Source of the DNA: Dirinaria sp. TL-2023a
Taxonomy: Eukaryota
Length of the DNA: 39,501 nt
Reading direction: 5' to 3'
Assembly (NCBI GenBank): GCA_051941275.1
Contig: JAVEBF010000049.1
Span: 1 to 39,501, forward strand
The notes under the pieces were generated by a model that was given only the letters and a program-made list of their open reading frames with translations, did not search any database and was not told the DNA's origin. Of the stretch, positions 1-10,872 are shown in pieces. The translations under genes were made by a program, and so were the position numbers. The number at the start of each line of letters is the position of its first letter. The first letter of the stretch is position 1.

Positions 1-2133
1 CGCCTTGCCGGCATCTCGGACGGCGCTCGTAGACTTGAGCGGGGTTGAGTAAGCGGAGGCAAGCAGATGCAAAATCTCGTGGTTTGAAATACTGACTTCG
101 AGCCAGAAAATCGCAGCTCGCTTTCGAGCTCGGCTATCAAATCAAGGAACAATCACCTCAGACGTGGGTGCTCTGGGTACATGCCGGAAATACGGCACGG
201 TTAGAGCAGAGCTTTCGGGATGTTGCCGGTTACCTCGAGATTCCTGGGCGGCAGGATCCCAAAGCAAATGTCTTTCGACTTGTCCACGACTGGTTATGTA
301 ATGGAAAGAGTGGGCGATGGTTGTTGATACTCGATAACCTTGACAATCCTGATCTTCTTTCTGAGGTTGGAGATACTAGCCAGCAAGGGCAAGAGACCGG
401 GGTAAATAGTGAATGCCGGCAGCCGATAACAGCATATCTCCCTCAAAGCCAGAATGGGTCCATTTTGGTTACCAGTCGAAGTAACGACGTTGCATTAAAG
501 CTTGTAGAAGAGAAGGATATCGTAGCAGTACAACCGATGGCCCCGACACATGCGCTGTCGCTATTCCAGAAGAAGCTGGGCCCCCTTGGCCAAAGCGATA
601 ACACCTCGGAGCTAGCAGCAGGACTAGAGTATATGTCGCTCGCCATTATCCAAGCGGCAGCGTATATCTCTCAGAGGGCACCGCGGTATTCCGTATAACG
701 ATATCTTGAAGACTATCGAAGAAGCGATCGCAAGAAGATGAATCTTCTGAACTACAAAGGAGGCCAACTCCGGAGAGACTGGGAAGCCTGAAACTTTATC
801 ATTATTACCTGGCAGATCTTGTTCGAGTATATATAACAAAAACGGCTATTTGCATCTAATCTACACTCGTTGATGAGCTTCTTTGACCGACAAGGCATCC
901 CAGAAACCCTGATTCGGAAGCGAACCGAAATTGGAAATGGTCATAGAAGCCAGGAAGAGCGCGATGAGCATGATAGCGAAGAAGAAGAAAACAAAAAAGA
1001 TAATAAAGATGATGTATCGGAGTCCAATGAGGAGGACGAGTTTGAAGACGACGTGCAGATGTTAAGAAATTACTTATTCCTCTCTATCAACATAGATCGT
1101 ACCTTTGAAATACACACACTGGTGCAATTAGCTACGCGGAAATGGTTGGAGGCCAACGGAAAGCTCGAGCAGTGGAAGCAGTGCTACATCAAGAACCTGT
1201 GCGCCGAGTTCCCAACTGGAAAGTACGAAAATTGGATGTACTGCCAAGCACTTTTTCCTCACGCGAAATTGGCAGTCACACAGCGACCGAAGAAGAAAGA
1301 ATTATTAAGAGAATGGGCTACACTATTATACTATGCCGCATGGTATACGTTGGAGAAAGGGATTATAACCGAGGCTATCGACCTATTTGAAATGGCGATA
1401 AAAGTAAGGAAGAAAATACTTGGTCAAGAGCACGAGGAGACTTTAAGTAGTATGAGCATGATAGGCCAAGCATACAGCTCAGGAGGACGGTGGACAGAGG
1501 CCGAAGAGCTGCAGGTGCAGGTGCTGGAGACAAGGAAGAGGGTGCTGGGCGAGGAGCATCCCAACACGCTGATCAGCATGGGCAACCTGGCTTCAACATT
1601 TGGGAATCAAGGACGCTGGAAGGAGGCCGAAGAGCTTGAGGTGCAGGTGCTAGGGAAGAGGGTGCTAGGTGAGGAGCATTCCAACACGCTAATCAGCATG
1701 GGCAACCTGGCTTCGAAATTTTGAAATCAAGGAAGGTGGAAGGAGGCCGAAGAGCTAGAGGTGCAAGTGATGAAAACAAGAAAGACGGTGTTGGGCGAGG
1801 AGCATCCTCATACGCTGAGCAGCATGAATAATCTAGCTTCAACATACAGCGATCAAGGACGCTGGAAAGAGGCCGAAGAGCTGCAGGTGCAGGTGCTGGA
1901 GACAAGGAAGAGGGTGCTGGGCGAGGAGCATCGCTCCACGCTGATCAGCATGGCCAATCTAGCATTTACGCTTAAATATCAAATTCATTTTGAAGAGGCT
2001 ATCTCTTTAATGGGGAAGCTGCTTCGAATCACGAAAACGGGTTCTCGGCCCTAAGCATCCAGACACGGAGTCGTTACTTCGAGTCCTTTATAAGTGGAAA
2101 AATAAAATAAACGAATATGAGCATTCATATTAA
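1..2133 (+). pseudogene. NLR-like NB-ARC + TPR (kinesin-light-chain-type repeats) gene, disrupted; 5' end lies outside the window
   Basis: Intron-split degenerate Walker A (SRTALVDLSGVE|KSQLA, intron ~49-106), WVHA, Walker B WLLILDNLD, GSILVTSR, and H.LVQ near 1110. These are followed by 42-aa TPR repeats (GRWKEAEELQVQVLETRKRVLGEEHP.TL.SM.NLA). In-frame stops at ~696, ~788, ~834 and ~1722, and a +1 frameshift near 2018. Confidence 0.9.
1489..1965 (+). repeat. ~4 tandem 126-bp TPR-encoding repeats with high nucleotide identity
   Basis: A ~64-nt stretch (gaggccgaagagctgcaggtgcaggtgctggagacaagg...) is identical at 1497 and 1869. The spacing of 372 equals 3x126 minus a 6-nt deletion in one unit. 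Confidence 0.9.
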
Positions 2134-2257
2134 TCTATAACATATTCTTTATTTCGACTATACAAATTACTGTTCTCATATTGTGCCGAAGTTGTGACAA
2201 TGAGTAACTCATTCATTTTCAATTAAATACAAGATCTGAAACTAGTGCGAGCCTGTT

Positions 2258-2810
2258 TTACGACATCTTCGCCACAGGAGCTCTCCATGGTACTGAGGCA
2301 ATTTTTTATTTCTCAATCTGCGCTTCGCTTAACCGCACAACTTTGGCTGTTGGCTCTGGCGGCCCTGCTTCTTCCTCACTCTTGCCATCTCGACTGTGTT
2401 TCCGTTTTCCCTTTACTTTGTCGTGTTCTTTCACCTCCCTTTAAGCACTTTTTGCGATAAGATCCTTACAGCTCATGACCTTCGCCTTCCCTAGGATCAT
2501 TGACTTGATCAATTGTCGAACTTTAGCTTCGTCATCGATTGTGATCAAAAATCAAATTTGATCCTACTGAAGAGCACCCTTGGCAAAAGACCTCTGAGTG
2601 GCAATGGCGAGCTTCTGGACGTGCCGTTGTAAGCTTTGCTTACTGGTCTCATCAAGAGCATTAGCATCCTATTTGATAATCATATTTTGCAGGATTATAA
2701 GCGCCTCTACCGTTACTGGCGTGGCAGACGTTCCTCTTATCTCATCTTGCGGACATGGCTGTACAGTCGCTTCACTGGCTATTGGATTATGTTAGCTCGG
2801 TCGGAGGCTG
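2258..2810 (-). mobile_element. Degenerate C-terminal fragment of a pogo/Fot1-type (Tc1-mariner) transposase
   Basis: Minus-strand translation reads TPVTVEAL...DANALDETSKQSLQRHVQKLAIATQRSFAKGALQ*DQI*FL...DEAKVRQ..KSMILGKAKVMS..DL...KGKRK...PWRAPVAKM*. This matches the typical tail of fungal pogo transposases as I recall them. Several stops are present, and no DDE core or TIRs were seen. Confidence 0.7.
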
Positions 2811-3382
2811 TTGTAGATGTCCAGGAGGAGAAATAACACGGGAACAGTGACATATCAACTATATTTTCATAGATTCATGAGGGAGAGACTTCTGGGGTCT
2901 GAACCGTTGGTGCGTCTCGCAACAGGGTGCGTCTCTCTAGCCAGGGACGGACGTTACTGACTTTGACGGTACTGACCTCCATGGTACCAGAATTTCATGT
3001 GACTGATGGTTAGAATTCGAGGACTCTCGGGATTAAATGCATGCCCACTCTTTCTCCTATCTTCCTTCTGCCTTCAATGCTCTCTGCTCCTACATTTATT
3101 CAAATCTAGCTATATGATATTATAGAGAATGTTCCTATAGAAAGCAAGGTTTAGACCATTTAAAAACGTGACAAATAGACAATAACTAGTACTTTTTATT
3201 CAGATATCGACCGCCTTGCCGAAACAAGACCTATGTTTATGGCCTTACAAGACTATCCGCAACCTTCTCTTCGCTGCTTCACAATTAATACATATGACAC
3301 TACTTACGCCGCAAAATACGTTGGGATACAACTTCAGATTCTTTTACGTTTATTTGCTATTCAGAATCTTAGCCGAATTAAA

Positions 3383-3719
3383 TCATTTCTTCGACGCGTC
3401 CTCCACGGTGGACTTATAAAGATCTTTACAAACGGTATGATCAAAGTCTTTGGATAGTAGGTTAATAGGTAACGGGTACGATGCTCCCTACGCTCCGGTC
3501 AGCTTGAAATCGATGTAGCTGGTTCGTACCTACGATTTCCGATATTGTGGGAGGCCATTGTTCGTGATCGGTCGATCGATAGGTATAATACCTTCCGTTC
3601 CTGCGGATAATCACTGCAACATCTGCATGACACAATCGCGCCAGCTGATCTGCTTTTTTCATTAAGTTCGGTTTCCTTCTGGTGAACTGCTGCGTTTTGG
3701 CTTTTGCTGCATAAGGCAT
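3383..3719 (-). CDS. Small MADS-box (SRF-TF-like) protein, 2 exons (3719-3534, 3487-3383), ~96 aa
   Basis: MPYAAKAKTQQFTRRKPNLMKKADQLARLCHADVAVIIRRNGRYYTY matches the MADS core (F.KRK.GL.KKA.EL..LC...VA.II). A 46-nt GT..GCTGAC..AG intron joins it to GASYPLPINLLSKD...*. Confidence 0.8.
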
Positions 3720-4319
3720 ATTATGAAGTTGTTGCCCCAATTAGGCGGAGACGGGTTAGAAAGTAGATTGCTGACAATCGAACGAAGGTATCCTTGCCTT
3801 ATATACGTGGATAAGTATAGAAGTCTACAATGCTTACCCTCCAAAACTACCCTCCGATGTTTACTTTCAAGAGCCAATTCTGGCTTCTCCAAAATGATTT
3901 CTCCATTATTTCTGGATGCTTCCTGTTCTAGCCCCTGTTGACCCAATGGTTCGCAAAAGACCTTGATATTCGCGCCATGGAACGGACGCCATTCTGGACA
4001 ATCCTTAATCCCGAATAACTTGGATCCCTGTTGACTGCTCTACGTTCTTGAGCTTTCTTAGATATGTGCTTGTTAATGGCTTCCGTATTCGACTATCCTC
4101 CAGCTTACACCAAGTCTACGGCAACAGCAACCTAGAAGATTATTAATAAGCCTAGCAGTATGATTACTATTGTGATGGCCATAGTATTTATCACAAAATG
4201 TACGATATCAACTGATAGTTCTCCTACCCGTGATCGAAGGCCTTCAAGTGTTCGACCAAGGTCGCCTCGAGAGTCTCCGGCCAGATCCGGAGATGGCTCT
4301 ATCTTGGATTCGTATCAAG

Positions 4320-5539
4320 CTAGGTGTACTGCTTCAAGCGTCCTGCGATGGCACTGAAATCGTCTTCGTCCCGTAGCTTACCATATTGTACCAGACTTTC
4401 CGCTGCTGACCGCATAATCTCACACATCCTCGATATGTGCGCGTATGAATGGTGGATGTGCTGGACCAGGGACTTTAGATACGGATCAGTGTACCTTGTA
4501 GTGTTATAACTATAATGAGAGTCAGCAGAGTGTTCTTGCATAAATGGGTATATGACATTTTCCTGGCGATAGCGGGTCCACAAATTAAGAGGAGGCCTAG
4601 GCCAAGTCCTGGTATGCTGTCCCCGCTATCAGCAACGAACCCATCAACTAGTATTGACCATCGTCGCCCATGTCGCAGGTCCTTCTTGAGCGCTTGCTTC
4701 ACGCGCTCGTAATCTTGCAGGTTCCGATCTGCGTAGATATGTGTGAGGTATTCCTTGTGTGCCTTGTTGCTGTTGTTTTCTCCACTTCGGCGTGTATGCT
4801 TATGGATATTTTGTTTGGCCTGAGCTTCGGCAAAGAAGCTGGTGTAGCCGTCCAAGTTTCGCATCTCCGCGATCGATCGCCGCCATTGGTGGAGATCATC
4901 TTCCACATCCAAATGGCGGAGGATGAGATGATAATGCAATCGACGAACCTGTTTCGAGTTACCTTCTAGAGTCCATGTGAATACCTGATCTGATGCCATC
5001 GCAAATATCCCCTCCACCTTTAAAATGTCCCAGTAAGTTTTGAGGCAATGAAGGAGGTTGCTACGTGGCAAGTTTTGCACGACCATGTCGAGCGTATAGT
5101 ACTCCGACGTCCTTCTCTTGTGATGTTGCTTTGGTCCCTGACACGACTCGCAAAGCGCCCCGGGTGTGCCTTTTCCAGGAGGTACATGATTGGCGAATTT
5201 TTGCTGAGGTGAGCACGGCATGGAACACGAAAGGTTGCTGGCGTCAGTGATGCAGTCTTCATTAATGTATTCCATCCACGAATTGTCGCAGAGTTCAACT
5301 TCAGGCTCTAATACTAGCGACTCGGCAGCGGTAACACTCGTCAAGTAAGCTTTTGCTGCTTCCTGTCCCATAGCACTCTTTAAGTCATTAATGACCGCGG
5401 CGAGTCGCTGTCGTATGTTTTGTGGTACTTCCAAAGTCATGCCGGATAGCGGTAGCGAAAGTTGAAAGAGCCACGATCTTGCAGACATAGACTTGCGGAC
5501 CTTATGGGTCCGCAAGTATGGGGTTCTAGAAGGATCCAT
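4320..5539 (-). CDS. Hypothetical fungal orphan protein (at least 2 exons; start uncertain, 5539 or 5596)
   Basis: A 373-aa ORF plus a downstream exon (YNTTRYTDPYLKSLVQ...) joined by a candidate intron at ~4557-4511 with a GCTGAC branch site. The C-terminal helical region contains DLRHGRRWSILVDGF..LGLGLLL. Confidence 0.6.
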
Positions 5540-6224
5540 CTGACAATTCCTCCGCAAACCCCCACCAAAAACAATTGTAAGCCAACCGAATGTCATGATA
5601 TCAAGTGACTAGACGTTTCACATCCGTTTCAACGACAGCTGTCAACATCCTTCCTCTTGTGACAGCTCAACACCAATTTAGCCGCATCTCCCGGCTTTTT
5701 AATTGGGGTGAACCCAGCTATAAACGGTTTCACTTAAAAATAGATTTTGATTCTTCCCCTTCATTCTCCTTTTGGTATATATGATATAGCCATTTTTGTA
5801 GTATTTGCTGTCCTCTGTATGTCAGATATTATGCATTGGTTTGGAAAGGCAAGAACAATATCAACGCTATCTGTAGACTTTAAATACACATCTCTGCAGT
5901 AAGTCCTGTGAAATAATAAACCTCCAGACACTATATTCGCCAAACCTGCCATATCTTCAAACGTTGTTCTGAACAGATGTTCGATGTTTAAAAACTAGAT
6001 ATTTGAAGATGTATAGTGATGGATTTCCGTAAGTCTCAGAACGCATGTTGTCTTGAGCCAAGTGTTGCATAACATAAGATGTCCTAAGATGCAAGTCGTA
6101 GGACGATGGGTGTTCAAAGACGAACAACGTCTTAAAACGATCATAAGGTAGTATTGAGCCAGTGTTGTAAAAGGCAGCAACTGCAAAAGCCAGTACTGTG
6201 AAAGCTATTGTCAAGCCAGTGCCG

Positions 6225-6509
6225 TAAGGATTTCCGAACCGTAGGGCAAGTAAGGCCTCAAGGTGTCAAAGATTGCACGGGCTTTTACACCAAGAAATGC
6301 CGTAGGGCAAAGATATCCCTTAGGGCTTTCTTCACACTACAGCTGTGATTCCCCCACGGCATCTATGGGCCTACTCACACTGGGCCCGTAGGGGCTTGCT
6401 TACCATAGGATTTTGCTGAACCCTAGGGCATTGGTTTACGGTGTAAAAGCCCGTGCAATCTTTGATGCCTTGAGGCCGCCTTACTTGCCCTACTGTTCAG
6501 AAATCCTTA
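6225..6509. mobile_element. MITE-like element: ~285 bp, long imperfect terminal inverted repeats, TA at both ends
   Basis: 6225-6290 (taaggatttccgaaccgtagggcaagtaaggcctcaaggtgtcaaagattgcacgggcttttacacc) is the near-exact reverse complement of ~6439-6509. Weaker symmetry extends further inward. No coding capacity. Confidence 0.75.
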
Positions 6510-6809
6510 ATGCAATTACATCAACAAGGCTAACCAGCTGATGTATTCCTTAGCAATCCTAGTATTGACAATTTTCACCTACTGTGGGAACGTATCAGAG
6601 ATGTGGCCGTTAATGGCTTTCAGTTCCTGCCCAAGGATATCAAGTAGGTATGTATACTAATACGAGGGGGAGTACGCCTTTACGGTATGATTGACATCGG
6701 TCACAGTTGATAGCGATGAGGTTCAAAATCAGCTTACTTTAATTGAAACCAGGACTCTAGGTCATGTATGGCAAAAGGCCAGCCTTCTGCTGCGAATTCC
6801 CATCACTAC

Positions 6810-8303
6810 TCCTGCAAGTCTCGTCCCCGCTTACGGGGTCTCGGGTCTCCAGAGAAGGAGTTATTGGGCGTTGGCGGGTTCGTGGTTCCAAGAACTTTTG
6901 ATGGGTTCTAAAATGATAAGTGCTTCCCCAATCTTGATTTTTCGAGGCCCCTTGGCGATGTCAATGATGTTTTAAATAGTGTTGTTGTACCCTCGGATAC
7001 CGTCCGCCTCGAAAGTTGAGTATGATCGGAGGTAAGACATAAAGAAATGTTTCTTCTCAGGATCGAGCCAACGGAGGTAGACTATGGCCTGTCTGTGAGA
7101 CGACACAATCGAGAAGTACACGGTATCCCGCATCAGATCTATTTCAGTAAGTCCAGCCGCCGTAGCCTCCTCAAGAAGCCACACTATCGAGTTGACAGAA
7201 TGCGATCCGCTGCCAGCAGCCTGCACCTCTGCTGTGGTTAGAACTCCACCAGCGGACTCAGCTTTCAACTCAAATGAGAGAAATGGAAATGTGCTGCGTT
7301 TTGCCGGTTAGGAGTACGGCCGTACCCTAGGATGATTGACGACGTTGTTCTGTTTGACTGTCCAAGGAGATTTTGAACCACGCGGATAGGCCAGATAAAC
7401 ATCCGGTTTGGGCGCCGGGTGTTGTCGCATTGGGGGTTATTTGGCATAGCGACAGTTCTCCATTAAGTGTTTCCACCCCCTATCAAGCCACAATACCCGA
7501 GCGGAAACATAGGCGTCCTAAGAATCTTGTTTGTTGGTCTTTCTGAGTTATGCGCGAGTTCCTCCGTTGCGTCCATGATTGCGAAGACAGCTTGGTCGTC
7601 TAGTTGTGATGAGGACCAGTTTTGCAGTATTCGCTCTTTTAATGGCGTAAGCTCTTCAGGTATTTTCCTTTCTGAAAGGTTCATAACGATGCCGTGGCCG
7701 CAGAGCGTATCTGTGTACGTAGCATCTGAAGTACCGGGTGCCTTGTTGCTCGAGGAGTTGAACCAAGACACAAGATTTTCGGCATATTGTGATTCTTGCT
7801 GCGACATTTCCGGAGCGTCGTCAATTTTAACCCGGCGCGTTTGGGTTTCGGGTGTGAGCCGCTCGCTGGCCGTTTGTGCTCGACGAAGTCAGAGCAAGTT
7901 TCACAGCTTTGTGGGCGTTTGAGTTCAACTTAATCAGAGCGAGACGGACAGCTCGGTGGCGAAAATATACGAGGACTGGCTGGACAGGAATCGGCGCGAG
8001 AATAAGGAACTGCATCAAGCCAGACGCTCAACTGCGGGTTAGCGGTAAGCTGCTTGGTAGTTGGCGGACAATGATCAAGAGATCTGAGCAGCGATGACTT
8101 GAGCCGTTCTCGCAGTCCGAAGAGTCGCAGAGGGCGCTGGACTGGTTAGGATGCCCGTCTCGTGACGAGTAGGGGGGAGTTGGCAATTGATCTGGCGACA
8201 GCCGGCTGCACTTGCTCGCGGGCTCAAAATCAAATTCGAGATCGGTAAGAGTGTGCTTGAAATCTCTTACGGGCGTCAGATGGAGGACATTTTGAGGGTG
8301 CAT
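6810..8303 (-). pseudogene. Decayed fungal PD-(D/E)xK-nuclease-like gene (DUF7924-like)
   Basis: Fragments in shifting frames give a low-complexity N-terminus, then PKPDVYLAY..., FPFLSFELKAESAGG...AEVQAAGSGSHSVN..., YFSIVSSHRQAIVYLRW..., FFMSYL..Y and KNIID. Stops and frameshifts occur near 7465, 7330 and 6972. Confidence 0.65.
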
Positions 8304-8935
8304 AGTATTCAAAGATGGAGGATGACTTGCAGATGGATTTGTTTGAAACGAGGGCAGGTTGAGCGCGGCAGGCGATCCGCCCCCACCTCTAACGGGTTTT
8401 ACGGCAAGTATGATAGTCGGCATGGTTCGGAGTAAGCGGAGATAATTGTCTGGTTCGTGCACGGCCGGTCTGCGGGACGCAGACCAAATAAACTGCTGAT
8501 TCCATCGAGTGCTAAGCCAAGGTGACGACTCTTCGTATTTAGCGCTGTAACAGAAGAACATTCTACTCATTGGCTAACCCTAGCGCAACAAACGAAGCGT
8601 ATACATAACGACTGGCTATCTTCTGCAGTGCTGGCACTCGATCTCTGCAGGTGGATCATTCCACGAAGCTGAAGCAAAGAGGTTCAAGATAAATTAGCAG
8701 TGAAGGGTAGTCAATAACATGCACTGTTCGCCTTTACAAGTAGCCACGCAGAAAGGTAGGAAGACCTCATCGCCTACAACCGGCTGGAAACGGAAAAGGG
8801 GTGCAACCTTTGCTGTGTTTCCCTATTTGGTAGTCCGCCAAGCCATTTCTCGCATGGGGTAAGCTGCGTGCATGTCAGCAAACCAGTTCGCCAATCTTAC
8901 CTTCACTTCCTTCCAATCTGTCCAGTACCCTGTCA

Positions 8936-10857
8936 ATGACTCCTATCACAGAAATCTTTGTGAGAATTATTGCTGACGTTGACCGGCTGCATAAACACTG
9001 TTCTGACGAGGTAGAATTGGTCAGAAGTGGCACGCGTCGCATTCACCGAAGACTCCACTTGGTTAATGTTGGCGCTGGGGGCTTCCTGACGGCCCCATGC
9101 AGCCCCCACGTGCCAATCGGACCCACGCGCGGCTCAAGCTCTCCTGAGGACCTTTACAATTGGCAAAGGGAACTCCATACTACTGTATTTTATATATCAA
9201 TATACCGCCTCTGTTGATGAGCTGCGAGACTGAAGAATTTTAGGGACCCGGTCCTAGTGTGGTTACCAGGGCCATTCCGCAGCAGTCTTGTGCCGTTTTA
9301 CAGACTTCTCATTCACCAGCTGGACTGGTAAACTCCTCTCAGGCAGGTCCTACCACGACTTTATCAAACCGTTCGACCTCCTCTCTTTCTCCCTCAATCG
9401 GCACGCAATCGCCATCATCGCCGCCCATATTACTTCAAGCACAGAATGCCGATCCTGTTGACAACCGGATCGACAACGGGCCACAAAGTGGAGTGGAGGA
9501 TTCAATGGACGATGAAGACCTCGCACTTCCATATTCTGAGACCTCTTAGACTGACTGCAACCGGGGCTCCACCACAATTGGAGCTACACCTTGCTGTACC
9601 CACCCTCACCTTTCGGGTCGACGAGAGCTGAGCCCATCTCTACAAGAGTGTTCGCCTCCACAAAGTCCTTCAAAAAGCCCCCCTTTCGAGCAGCGAACCC
9701 AATCATTGACGCGATCAGCATCGGGCATGACTCCAAAGAATCGAACCGAAACATCTCCAAGATCAGGAGCCGTGCTTATACACAACGAAGATCCAGACCT
9801 TCACCATGGCTGGACAGGGAAGAGACTGAGACCACAGACGGGTCGAGGGATCGAAGTACGGGAAGGGAGAGATGACAACCCGATCCAGGTCCCGTTAGTG
9901 TCATCAAAAACCGGGACGGCAAGGAAAAGAAAGGCTGCAGGTACGAACAGCTCCAAAATTGCACAGCGATCAGAGGATGACCCAATTGATTCCATGGCCC
10001 GTCAAATTGGACATGCAGATAGGGTTGGAGAAATGCAGCAAAAGATTACGAACTGCAGAGCGGACCGGATCAACCTCTTGCTCTTGTAGAACCTGATCTA
10101 AATGCTGGCGTCGTCTCGTGTGAAGCAGATCCTGCGCCCCTCTTCCGGGTCGTTCCAACCGTGGCGCGCCAGATCGAAGAGAGTGCTGCCCGTGAACAGC
10201 TCTCCTGTATACGGAATCGCTTGGCCCTGGCAGAATTCTATCGCGCTTATTTCGCAGCCCAAGCCCATCCAGACCAGTTTCTGCAGATTGTCAATCAAGT
10301 CCTCCCCACGTTGACCGCCTGCTCAGCAGCACTGAGTCGAATGAAACGGGCCGAGGTGAAAACTAGGTTTATTGATCTGGTGTTCAATCAATCGGGAGGA
10401 AACCGAAACCGGAAAAAGGATTCCACTCGGGTGCATGATTGGCAAACCTTGGGTCGACCTTGGTTCAATATGATATCACGGTTCGGAAATGGCGTTTTGT
10501 TGCTTATACCAGCAGAACTCACCAATGACAGGCAAGCTTCCTTGCAATCCTTGGTGCCATCAGGAATCGCTTATTTGGCTGACATCTACGAGCAGGCTCA
10601 AGCGGTTGGACTGGGGAGGATTTTCCAGACTATTGAATCTCCTTGACCAAGATAGGAATCTTCAGGCATTGCTCAAGACGGCGTACAAAATGTTTCAGAG
10701 TGTTCACCCCGAATCTTATGAAGGCATTGAGAGAGGTGCACGCTCTATGGCAAGCGGAACTCGTCCATTGCGTGTGGTCTACAGACTCAGATATCCCGCT
10801 CCTCACATGGCGTGCAAGGCCTATGATTATCTTTCTCTTCTTTCCATGCCTTCATAG
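8936..10857 (+). CDS. Hypothetical multi-exon orphan gene, possibly partly disrupted
   Basis: Chain of same-strand ORFs (8936, 9259, 9706, 10161, 10489). Candidate intron ~9185-9243 and a GC-AG intron at 10532-10595 (gcaagc..gctgac..cag). A frame change near 10085 is unexplained. The C-terminal region contains WQTLGRPWFNMISRFGNGVLLL. Confidence 0.5.
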
Positions 10858-10872
10858 GTGGGCTGGACTATC

